Shown one piece after another: positions 43,140 through 52,346 of a DNA stretch of 64,000 nt. This stretch comes from Alphaproteobacteria bacterium (GTDB lineage Bacteria > Pseudomonadota > Alphaproteobacteria > MPNO01 > UBA830), in assembly GCA_964291215.2 (NCBI GenBank), contig OZ219791.1, positions 2,304,001-2,368,000 of the forward strand, read 5' to 3'. The notes below the pieces were generated by a model, which was not told the DNA's origin, made no database searches, and saw only the letters and a program-made list of their open reading frames with translations. A program made the translations under genes and the position numbers. Within the stretch, counting starts at the first letter, position 1. Each line of letters begins with the position of its first letter.

Positions 43140-44267
43140 TCAGCCGGTTCGACAGCCCGATTCCCATTCTGCCCTGACATCCCGGTTTTCTTCATCCGCC
43201 ATGTGGCGGCGGCGAAGGACCCGGAATCTCTCCCGGGGAAGAAGCCGCGAGAGGGCCCACACTGCCATGGCCCGCACGAGCGGCGACGGATCTCCGAGCA
43301 GCGGCTTCGCCGACGAAGCGAGCGAGGGCATGTCGCTGTTGCCGATAGCGATCAGCACGTTCCGCACGAAGCGGTCGCGCCCGAGCCTCTTCACCGGCGA
43401 GCCCGAGAACATCGTACGGAATCCGGCGTCGTCCAGAGCGCAGAATTCTCCCAGCAGGGACCGGGCCGCCCCGCGCGGACGAAACTCCCCGTGAGCGGTG
43501 GCGCTCGCGAACCTGTTCCAGGGGCAAACGGCAAGACAGTCGTCGCAACCATAGATGCGGTTGCCCATGGGGGCGCGAAACTCGCGGGCAATGTGGCCCT
43601 TGTGCTCAATGGTCAGGTACGAGATGCAGCGCGTGGCGTCGAGCTGATAGGGCGCGGGAAAGGCAGCTGTGGGACAGACGTCAACACAGCGCCGACAGCT
43701 TCCGCAATAGTCCGTGCCTCCGGGATCGGGAGAGATGTCGAGGGTGGTGAATATCTCGCCCAGGAACAGCCAGGATCCGAATGTCCGCGAAACCAGATTG
43801 GTGTGCTTGCCCTGCCAGCCCAGGCCGGCGCGCTGGGCAACGGGCTTTTCCATCACCGGCGCGGTGTCGACGAACAGTTTGACCTCGCAGCGCCGGGTTT
43901 CAACCAGCCAGCGCGCGAGACGGCGCAGGCGTTTCGCCATTACATCGTGATAGTCGCGACCGCCCGCATAGACGGAGATCGCACCGCGTCCGCGCTCGCC
44001 GAGCATCTCAAGGGGGTCCCCTTCGGGCCCGTAGTTCATGCCCACGACGATGACGCTCCTAGCCTCCGGCCAGAGGGCCGACGGGGACCGCCGCCGGTCC
44101 CGGGTCGATTCCATCCAGCCCATGTCGCCGTGATAGCCCCGGGACAGATAGGCGGCCAGATTTTCTCCCGCATCAACGGCATCGCAGCCCGCAAAGCCCA
44201 CGGCGTCGAAGCCAAGGCCAAGCGCCTGGTCACGGATGGTCTCGCGAATGCTTCCGGAATCGGTCAT
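43140..44267 (-). CDS. queG: Epoxyqueuosine reductase
   Basis: RDYHDV, FVDTAPVMEK, CGSCRRCVDVCPT and YGCDDCLAVCPWN. Confidence 0.95.
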   Translation of the reverse strand: MTDSGSIRETIRDQALGLGFDAVGFAGCDAVDAGENLAAYLSRGYHGDMGWMESTRDRRRSPSALWPEARSVIVVGMNYGPEGDPLEMLGERGRGAISVYAGGRDYHDVMAKRLRRLARWLVETRRCEVKLFVDTAPVMEKPVAQRAGLGWQGKHTNLVSRTFGSWLFLGEIFTTLDISPDPGGTDYCGSCRRCVDVCPTAAFPAPYQLDATRCISYLTIEHKGHIAREFRAPMGNRIYGCDDCLAVCPWNRFASATAHGEFRPRGAARSLLGEFCALDDAGFRTMFSGSPVKRLGRDRFVRNVLIAIGNSDMPSLASSAKPLLGDPSPLVRAMAVWALSRLLPRERFRVLRRRHMADEENRDVRAEWESGCRTG

Positions 44268-44280
44268 AACCCGCCTGCCG

Positions 44281-45408
44281 TCATGGCGGCTCCAAGTCTC
44301 CTTCGGCTTGTCCGGCATGAAACCCGGAAACGAATTCCTCAACATTCTCCGCCTCGATCGCGGCGCGCAGGCCGCGCATCACCTCCTGATAGTAATGCAG
44401 GTTATGCATCGTCAATAGGATCGGACCGAGCATTTCCCCGGCCTTGAACAGGTGGTGCAGATAGGCGCGGCTCACCTCGCCCACCAGCGGATACCCGCTG
44501 TCCGGATCCAGCGGACGCGTATCGCGGGCATGTCGGGCATTGCGGATATTGACCGTGCCGCGCCGCGTGAAGGCCCGGCCAGTACGCCCGCTCCTCGTCG
44601 GCAGCACGCAATCAAACATGTCGATACCGCGCTGCACCGCGCCGACGATATCGGACGGCGTGCCGACTCCCATGAGATAGCGGGGACGATCTTCCGGAAG
44701 CCGCGGAACCGTGCTGTCGACGACCTCGAACATGACCTCCTGACCTTCGCCGATGGCAAGGCCGCCAACGGCATAGCCGTCGAAACCGGTTCTGACCAGC
44801 GCGTCGGCCGATTCGCGGCGCAGATCCGGAATCGTCCCGCCCTGCACGATCCCGAAGAGCCCGTACCCGGGACGCGGCCGGAACGCCACACGGCACCGTT
44901 CCGCCCAGCGCATGGATAGGCGCATGGATTCGGCCACGGTGCCGTCATCGACGCCATGCGGCGTACATTCATCGAGAACCATCGTGATCGTCGAATCGAG
45001 AAGATCCTGGATCTCGACGGAACGTTCCGGCGTCAATAGATGACGGGTTCCGTCGATGTGCGAACGGAAGGTCACCCCCTCTTCCGAGAGCGTCCTCAAA
45101 TCCGAAAGCGACATGACCTGAAAGCCGCCGGAATCGGTCAGGACCGGGCCGGGCCAGCCCATGAAGGCGCGCAGGCCGCCAAGCGCGGCCACGGTCTCGG
45201 CGCCTGGTCGCAGCATGAGGTGATAGGTGTTTCCGAGAATGATCTTCGCACCGGTCCGTTCCACCGCGTCAACGGTCATGCCCTTCACGGTCCCGGCCGT
45301 TCCCACTGGCATGAATACCGGGGTGTCGATGACACCGTGCGCCGTCGCCAGCTGTCCGCGCCGGGCGCACCCGCTGGTCGACAGGACCTCGAACCCGAAC
45401 GAGGTCAC
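44281..45408 (-). CDS. tgt: Queuine tRNA-ribosyltransferase
   Basis: [17 protein letters not shown] and [10 protein letters not shown]. Confidence 0.96.
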   Translation of the reverse strand: MTSFGFEVLSTSGCARRGQLATAHGVIDTPVFMPVGTAGTVKGMTVDAVERTGAKIILGNTYHLMLRPGAETVAALGGLRAFMGWPGPVLTDSGGFQVMSLSDLRTLSEEGVTFRSHIDGTRHLLTPERSVEIQDLLDSTITMVLDECTPHGVDDGTVAESMRLSMRWAERCRVAFRPRPGYGLFGIVQGGTIPDLRRESADALVRTGFDGYAVGGLAIGEGQEVMFEVVDSTVPRLPEDRPRYLMGVGTPSDIVGAVQRGIDMFDCVLPTRSGRTGRAFTRRGTVNIRNARHARDTRPLDPDSGYPLVGEVSRAYLHHLFKAGEMLGPILLTMHNLHYYQEVMRGLRAAIEAENVEEFVSGFHAGQAEGDLEPP

Positions 45409-46481
45409 GGGTCGTGGGCTCGGTGAAGGAACGTGGCATCGCCGTATGAGTAGAACCTGTAGCCCGTCGCCACGGCATGGGCGTAGGCCGTCGTCATCCT
45501 TTCTAGTCCGGCGAATGCGGCGACCAGCATGAAGAGGGTGGAGCGCGGGAGATGGAAGTTGGTCATCAGCTTGTCGACGGCGCGGAAGCGGTAGCCCGGC
45601 GTGATGAAGAGATCGGTGTCGCCCGCAAACGGCCGAACGACGCCGTTGTCGTCGGCCGCCGTCTCGAGCAGCCTGAGTGAGGTCGTTCCGACCGAAATCA
45701 CGCGGCCGCCGTTCCTGCGGGCCTCATTGATGGCCGCGGCGGCATCGCGGCCGATCTCTCCCCACTCGCTGTGCATTCGGTGCTCGGCAATGCGGGCGGC
45801 CCGGACCGGCAGGAAGGTGCCGGCTCCGACATGAAGCGTCACGGTTGCAACGCGGATACCGGCAGCCCGCACCGCCTGCAGCAGCGCATCGGTAAAATGC
45901 AGTCCGGCCGTCGGGGCCGCAACCGCTCCCCTGCGGGCAGCATAAATGGTCTGGTAGTCGCCGGCATCCTCCCCGGTGGCGCCGTCCGGGCGCGAGATAT
46001 AGGGCGGAAGCGGCATTTCTCCGTGCCGGTCGAGCGCCGCAAACAGGCGTTCCGGCTGGTCGAAAGCCAGTTCAACCTCTCCACCCTCGCCGCGCGAGAC
46101 GACCAGCGCCTCGAAGGCTTCCGCGAATACGATGACATCGTTCTCGGCAAGGCGCCGCGCCGGACGCGCAAACGCCTGCCAGTTGCCTCCCGCTTCCGCC
46201 TTGTGAAGGGTTATTTCGACCTTGGCGCCGCGGCGGCGGCCGCGCAGGCGCGCGGGAATGACCTGCGTATCGTTGACGACAAGGACATCGCCGTCCCGCA
46301 GGAGCGACGGAAGATCCCGCACCCCGAGATCGGCAAGCGCCGCGCCGACTTCCAGCATGCGGGCGCTGTCGCGCGGCCGCACAGGCGCCTGGGCAATGCG
46401 GTCAGGGGGCAGTTCGAAGTCGAACGCATCTGTCGCCGCGTCGTCTCCGACTGCCGGCGCGGCCGCATTCAGTCTTCCCAT
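45405..46481 (-). CDS. queA: SAM:tRNA ribosyltransferase-isomerase
   Basis: [25 protein letters not shown] and YRFYSYGD. Confidence 0.95.
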   Translation of the reverse strand: MGRLNAAAPAVGDDAATDAFDFELPPDRIAQAPVRPRDSARMLEVGAALADLGVRDLPSLLRDGDVLVVNDTQVIPARLRGRRRGAKVEITLHKAEAGGNWQAFARPARRLAENDVIVFAEAFEALVVSRGEGGEVELAFDQPERLFAALDRHGEMPLPPYISRPDGATGEDAGDYQTIYAARRGAVAAPTAGLHFTDALLQAVRAAGIRVATVTLHVGAGTFLPVRAARIAEHRMHSEWGEIGRDAAAAINEARRNGGRVISVGTTSLRLLETAADDNGVVRPFAGDTDLFITPGYRFRAVDKLMTNFHLPRSTLFMLVAAFAGLERMTTAYAHAVATGYRFYSYGDATFLHRAHDP

Positions 46482-46960
46482 AGTTCTCCGACGGCAGCCT
46501 CGACTTTCCTGAAGACCTGGTTGCGCTCCAGTTCCGGATACTCCGCCTCCTCATCGGCATGGGTGCGGTTCAGACCCCATTCGCGCACATATTCGCGCAT
46601 GTCGTCGTCGGACAGAATGACCTTCAGCAGATGGTTCTGGATGTCGACCGGGGGATCACTCTCCCTCGTGACGATATAGATGACGGTCCGGAGATAGGCC
46701 ACCACATCAAGGATGAGCTGCGCTTCTTCCCGGCTCCACAACCGCGACGGCTCGAAATCGTTCTGCCTGAGCTCCCGCATCTGCTCACGGGTAATGGTGC
46801 CCGGGCTCCCGAGCCGCGGCATGGTGCTAGGCTCCGAGGCATCGTCGTTCGTCGCTTCCAGCTGCTGTCTCCGCTTTTGCTCCCTCATCAGCCGCAGGCG
46901 GCGCATGAAAAGGAAAACCGTCAGGCCGACAACGGCCGCGAATATGAGATTCTCTCCCAT
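46469..46960 (-). CDS. Hypothetical membrane-anchored protein
   Basis: ATG at 46960 after AGAGGG, one N-terminal TM helix and an acidic soluble domain. Confidence 0.65.
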   Translation of the reverse strand: MGENLIFAAVVGLTVFLFMRRLRLMREQKRRQQLEATNDDASEPSTMPRLGSPGTITREQMRELRQNDFEPSRLWSREEAQLILDVVAYLRTVIYIVTRESDPPVDIQNHLLKVILSDDDMREYVREWGLNRTHADEEAEYPELERNQVFRKVEAAVGELWED

Positions 46961-47097
46961 GACCGGATATACCCTCTTTTCCGTTGCGTTTATCAACCGA
47001 CGCCATTGACGCATTGATACGCCGTCCGGACCTTCAGGAACAGTCCGCGCCGGAAGAAGTCCCGGCGGCGGCGCACGCGAAGGACCGAACGCCTCCT

Positions 47098-48114
47098 TCA
47101 GGCGGCGTCGGCCGGCGCCTCGGCAAACACCTGAGCCAGAAGCTCGTACGATCTCAGCCGCGCCTCGAAGCGGTCGCAGATGGTCACGACCACAACCTCG
47201 TTGATGCCGTAGGTGCCGGCAAGCGCGGCAACCTCGCGATGCACCTGTTCGAGACTGCCCGCTATGGTGCGCTCGCGATTGTGCATGACAATTGCTTTCT
47301 CCCTTTCCGTATAGGGATAGTTCTTCGCCTCCTCGACGGTTGGCACCGGCGCCGTCCGCCCGGTGTGCAGCCGCAACAGCCACAGATCGCGGCTCCAGCG
47401 CAGGTCGAGCGCCTCTTTCTCGGTGTCGGCGCAAATGACGAAAATGCCGATGGAGCCGACGGGTTCGGAGAACTGTTCAGATGGGCGGAAATGCTGACGA
47501 TAGGCCTCCATCACCATATGGCCGCCGCGGGCATTGATGAAGTGGGCAAAGGAGAACGCGCAGCCGAAATACGCCGCATAGGCCGCCGACTGGTCGCTCG
47601 AGCCGAGAAGCCAGACCTCGGGGATGGTCGCTCCGCTCGGCATGGCATCGACCCGCCGGAACGGATGATCATCAGGCATCTCGCCGGCAAGCCATGCCTG
47701 CAGATCGCGGATCTGGGCCGGGAAGTGCTCGATTCCCAGTGCGCCCGGGCCGTGCGCAAGCGCCTGCGCGGTCAGCCCGTCGGAGCCCGGAGCGCGCCCG
47801 ATCCCGCAATCGATGCGGCCCGGATAGAGCGCTTCGAGCACGCGGAACGTTTCCGCGACCTTGAGCGAGGAGTAGTGGCTGAGCATCACGCCGCCGGAAC
47901 CGACCCGCAGGTTGCGCGTCCGCCGCGCCACCTCGCCGATCATGATCTCGGGAGCCGAGCCCGCAAGGCCGCCGGTGGAATGGTGTTCGGCAAGCCAGTA
48001 GCGATGATACCCGATACGGTCACAGAACTCGGCGAGCGCCAGCGTTTCGGCCAGTGCGTCGGCAGGCGTGCAGCCAGCCCGGATCGGACTCTGGTCAAGA
48101 ACGCTCAATCGCAT
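47098..48114 (-). CDS. LLM-class (luciferase-like) flavin-dependent oxidoreductase
   Basis: MRLSVLDQSP, YWLAEHH, GSGGVML and GIGRAPG. Confidence 0.92.
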   Translation of the reverse strand: MRLSVLDQSPIRAGCTPADALAETLALAEFCDRIGYHRYWLAEHHSTGGLAGSAPEIMIGEVARRTRNLRVGSGGVMLSHYSSLKVAETFRVLEALYPGRIDCGIGRAPGSDGLTAQALAHGPGALGIEHFPAQIRDLQAWLAGEMPDDHPFRRVDAMPSGATIPEVWLLGSSDQSAAYAAYFGCAFSFAHFINARGGHMVMEAYRQHFRPSEQFSEPVGSIGIFVICADTEKEALDLRWSRDLWLLRLHTGRTAPVPTVEEAKNYPYTEREKAIVMHNRERTIAGSLEQVHREVAALAGTYGINEVVVVTICDRFEARLRSYELLAQVFAEAPADAA

Positions 48115-48364
48115 CGCATCATGTCTCAATATCGCGGCATCGGCACTGCCGCTCTCCCGCTGCCCGGCCGCATCCCTGTCGACCGACACTACCATGTCCT
48201 ATCATACGAGAAGGACAATCCCATCATCTCCGTTGCGCTTCGAAGTCGGCCCAAGCCCTAGTTTCCGCCGTTCGCGGTCATGACGCGACCGGTGGACACT
48301 GCCCGATGGACATGCCCGCCAGACTTACCGATGAACACTTTAGCTGGTCCGACAGCCGATCCTA

Positions 48365-48550
48365 TCAGTCGGTGGCATAGAGCGTATAGACGGTAACCCT
48401 TTTCTTCCGGCCGCGCGCCTGGATCGAAGCGATGCGCCGGAAGCGTTCGAGACCGGCGGCACGCACGGTCGTTTCAGAGACGAGAAGCCGAGTGTCATGA
48501 GCCTTGCTCTCCGTCTTGATGCGGGCCGCAAGGTTCACGGTGTTGAGCGT
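48365..48550 (-). pseudogene. C-terminal remnant of a class III adenylate/guanylate cyclase
   Basis: TVNLAARI.TESK...LLVSETT...RGRKKRVTVY with no N-terminus. Confidence 0.7.
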
Positions 48551-50176
48551 TAGCACATTTTCTGACGGGGATTCGGTTGGTTCCGCTCGAATTGTTTGAT
48601 GGTCTGGGGTGTGTGCCCCTCAACCAACTTGCAAAAAGTCGGCTGAGGGGCTTGTCTCCGCGATGACAAAACCACAGGAGATAAGTCAATGTCGCACGAT
48701 TCCTTCCCGGGGTCCACGCTTTCCTGCGCCCATGCACGATGATCCCATGCCAATTCGGAGACGCGAAATCCGAATGCGTTGGGGCTCGCGTCATCACAGA
48801 TCGCTCCCTTGATTACAATTTTCATGCCGAGAAGGCCCCATCAACCCAAGTTGGCATTTTTGCGTCAGTTGAAGGGGAAATTTATGCGGCTGCCTCACTA
48901 GATATACCATATGTTGGCATTTTTATGATACTGCCTACTATATTTTGATTGCGTGTCCGGGGTGGGCGCGGTAGTGCCAGAATATTACCGATTCGCTCGA
49001 CCCCGCCGCCAAACCCGGTATATCCGGAGCCTCGTCAACACAAAAGGCTCCAGACAACATGTTCATCAGGGCAACCAAAACCCACAGCACCGCAGACGAC
49101 AAACCCGTCCACCGGCTCGTGCTTTCTCAACGCATCGGCGACAAGGTCAGGCAGCGCACCCTGCCTCGGCACCGACCATCCGGTGGCGCGCAAGAACCGG
49201 AAGGAGGTTGCCGCCGAAGCGCTGGCCGCCCGCCGCTGTTCGAAGCCGCGTGCAGGCCGCAGCCGAGGACATCGTCAACAGGAGCCCGGAGGTTCCGCGC
49301 CGACGCTCTGGAGGAAGACGCACGCAAATTGCGACCGTCAACCTCGACAGCCTCGAGCACGAGAACCCGCGCTCGGTCGGCTGCCTGTGCCTCGAGGCGC
49401 GATCTCGGCTTCACGACCTCGGCATCACGAGTGCGTTGATCGTCGCCAGGATGATCCGGCCAGCGAGCGCGAACTGCGCGATGACAGCGCGACCGCGGAG
49501 CTTCCGGAGGGCAAGTCGCGCAAGACGCTGTACCGCATCGGCGACCTGCGTCACCGGGCCGCCAGGAGCTGTTCAACCACGAGCGCGCGCTGCATCCTCG
49601 ATACCATCGCTTTTTGCGATCTCACCAATGTTCACGGCCGCGCCGACGGCAAGCTCCCCCGCTTCGGGCGCTCGAAGCGCAATGATTGCCCCACGCTTGC
49701 GCGGCGCGGGCTTTCGGCGCAGTTGCGAGGTCTTGCGGGGCAACGTGGCCGGGCACGGATGCGCTGATGAGGCTGGGGGCGGGCGGTGAAGCCGACGGTA
49801 GTCATGGACGCCGGCACCGAGGCGAACATCGCGTGGCGAGCACGGCTGGGTCGCGGGCGGCGCCGCCCGAGGGTGGGCCCGAGGCTGATCACCAACCACG
49901 AGGTGCAGGCGCCAGCGAGGATGGCGCGGCGTGGTCAGCGAGAGCAGGAGGAGGGCCGAAGACGCCATTCCTGGCCGCAGGGCTTCGAGGCGGCAAAGCT
50001 CCACCTCTCGGCCAAAGGCCGGCGCCACGACAAGGTGCCGGAGAGCGGTCTCAAGCAGCGCTTCTCTACCGTCGCCCGGCACTACGAGATCACTGTCGAG
50101 AAGGCCGGGCAACGGCCTTCAGCCACAGACGACAAGACAACGCGGGCGCCTGCGCACCAGCGACCGGGAGACCGTC

Positions 50177-51526
50177 CTTATATGACCAGGTTTTGTCCCC
50201 TTGATGATGAAATCATCCACAGCAGTTGGGGGCGGGAAAATGTGGATAACCTCGACTATGGGAGAGCTATGGTTGCAGAGAGATTCCGCTCCCCTGTGTG
50301 AGAACATACAGGGGAGCGGGGATCAAACGATCTCCGCGGAGGTTGCCGTTCCGTCCTTGGCTTTATAGAGCCGTTCCCGAGCGTGGCAACCTCCTTTGGC
50401 GTCCCTTGCGTCCTGAATGGATGTTTGAGTTTGAACCGTATCATCATAAGGCGAGGAACGATGGTCAAGGTAGTAGCAGGGGTCAGCCAGTCTGGACATC
50501 TGGGGCGTCGTTTTACGAACGACGCCACGGGCACGTGGCTTCGCAGCCTCGAGGTAACCCGTGTGGTGGGCGATAGGTCGCTATCACCGCAAGGAGTGTC
50601 TTCATGACCGGGGCTTCGAGGTTGTCCTGCCCGTTGAGGGCTTCGCCGAGGCTTTGGGCCAACCGCGTTGACGCCAAGATCGGCACGGTGCGATCTCGAG
50701 CCTGTGGCCCCTCAGGAAGCCTTCCTCAACTGCCTAGGGGATCTCCTGGTATCGCGCTTGTCGACGCCAAGCAAGTGGCAGATGAGGTGGATGGCGAGAC
50801 CGTCACAAGGGCTTCGGCGGCCGACCTCGATGATTGCCGGCGCGGCGATCAAAGCGGTGATCGCCGGTGATCCCGAGCAGAGGTACCCTGACCTCGATCC
50901 AGTGACCGCCGCAGCCCTTCTTTGTTGGATGCCCGAACTCGGCAGTCTCGACCGTCGGCAGGCGGCAGCCTTGATCGGGGTGGCGCCGATGGCCAACGAC
51001 CACGGTGCTCGGCATATCCGAGGCGGGCGCCGGAGGCCACGTGATCTCCTGGCCGCGACCTCGGCAGCACGCTTCAACGCGGATCTGGTGTGCCACAAGG
51101 CCCACAAAGTCGCCATTGTCGCCGTGATGCGCAAGCTCTGGCGAACACCTTGCTGCGACAGCAGCGTTGCTGGTCGACCGAAGCACCGGTGAGTGAGCGA
51201 AGGAGACACGGCCCTGCCGAGAGCGCGATCGGGACTGTCTCGACAGTCTCCCTCTACGACACGACTTGGGGAGAATGTCTGCAGATCATCGTCGAGGCCG
51301 ACATCGAGGAGATCGAACCGCCTTGGGACACCTGGAACCCGGATGGTCACGTGCCCGGGGACGGCAAGGTAGCCGCGTTCACGTGACCAATGGACGGCAA
51401 CCCGCCGCCGGGACCACAAGCTTCATGTCGCCTCGCTCGCAGAGCAAATCCCACACCGCTTGTGGACAACCACAGAAAACATCACCACAGACACCCGCAA
51501 AAACCTTGCCAAGAAACATGGATGCT
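50177..51526 (+). mobile_element. IS110-family element, copy B
   Basis: CT cores at 50177-50178 and 51525-51526; recombinase pseudogene 50461-51386. Confidence 0.88.
50277..50460 (+). ncRNA. Predicted IS110 bridge RNA, copy B
   Basis: As copy C, but the donor guide is mutated to ATGGATGTT and the closing stem has a 7-bp deletion. Confidence 0.7.
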
Positions 51527-51907
51527 CGGGACACGGATATCGAGGCCACCTTCCGTTCATTGAAATCCGAGCCCGGATTGCGCCCGGCCAGCGCATCGCC
51601 GCCCACCTGTTGATCGCCGTGCTCGCCGCGGTGCATCTGATCCCCGCGCGGGGCATCGACAAGTGCCGGACATCAATCCGCGCGGAACCAGGGTCACCAC
51701 GCGCCTGCGCGCATTGATCGTCAACCGACAGGACACGCGCCGCCGAGATTGCCGAAATCTCCTCGGCGGCTGGTGTCGAACCCGCCGCATGAGGAGCCGC
51801 CTCGCAAGCTGACAGAATTCAACAGAATGTAGTGCCATGTTGAAATCGGCCGACAAAAAATCGCGCAGCGTGATAAAAATTCCAGGCCGCAAAAAGTGCC
51901 AACTTGG

Positions 51908-52272
51908 TTGAGGCCGGCGGCTTTCCCGGCGGCGTATTTCGCGCGGTCCGCTGCCCGGCGCTTCTCCAGTCACGGCTCGCAGGACGCGCGGCCATCGGCG
52001 GCCGGCGGCTTGCCGCACCGGATGCAGATCCCGGCTTCGCGGCGCATTTCAGCCTCGCGGCGGGATCGGTCGCGCTCATGAGCGCGGGCCTTGTCGGGGT
52101 CTCTCCGGGGGAGGCCGGTGGTGCGCAGCCTTGCGTCCCTGGCCCGGCTCGCCCGGTTCCGCTTCTCGGCGCAGGGCGCGCACAGGGTCCGCGCGGGCTC
52201 GGGTTCGCGCTTGCCGCACCCGATGCACTTGCCGCGCGCGCGCCGGGCCTCGATATCCTGCTGCTCGCACAT
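51908..52272 (-). pseudogene. Cys/Arg-rich repeat protein (CxxC...CxxC), truncated
   Basis: GKCIGCGK...LCAPCAEK and GICIRCGK...SCEP*LEK, with a TGA in place of Cys. RBS AAGGAG. Cut by IS1634 copy B. Confidence 0.6.
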
Positions 52273-52346
52273 GGAAGCGTTCTCCTTGCCGTGGGGAAAA
52301 CGGAAGAGGGACGCCCGGCCGACCCGGCCGGGACGGCGGGACGTCC

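Larger units (their letters stand above)
48845..51907 (+). mobile_element. IS1634-family element, copy B (degraded, inverted relative to copy A), carrying a nested IS110
   Basis: Ends CCCAAGTTGGCATTTTTGCG and CGCAAAAAGTGCCAACTTGG; colinear with 30154-33313. Confidence 0.85.
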
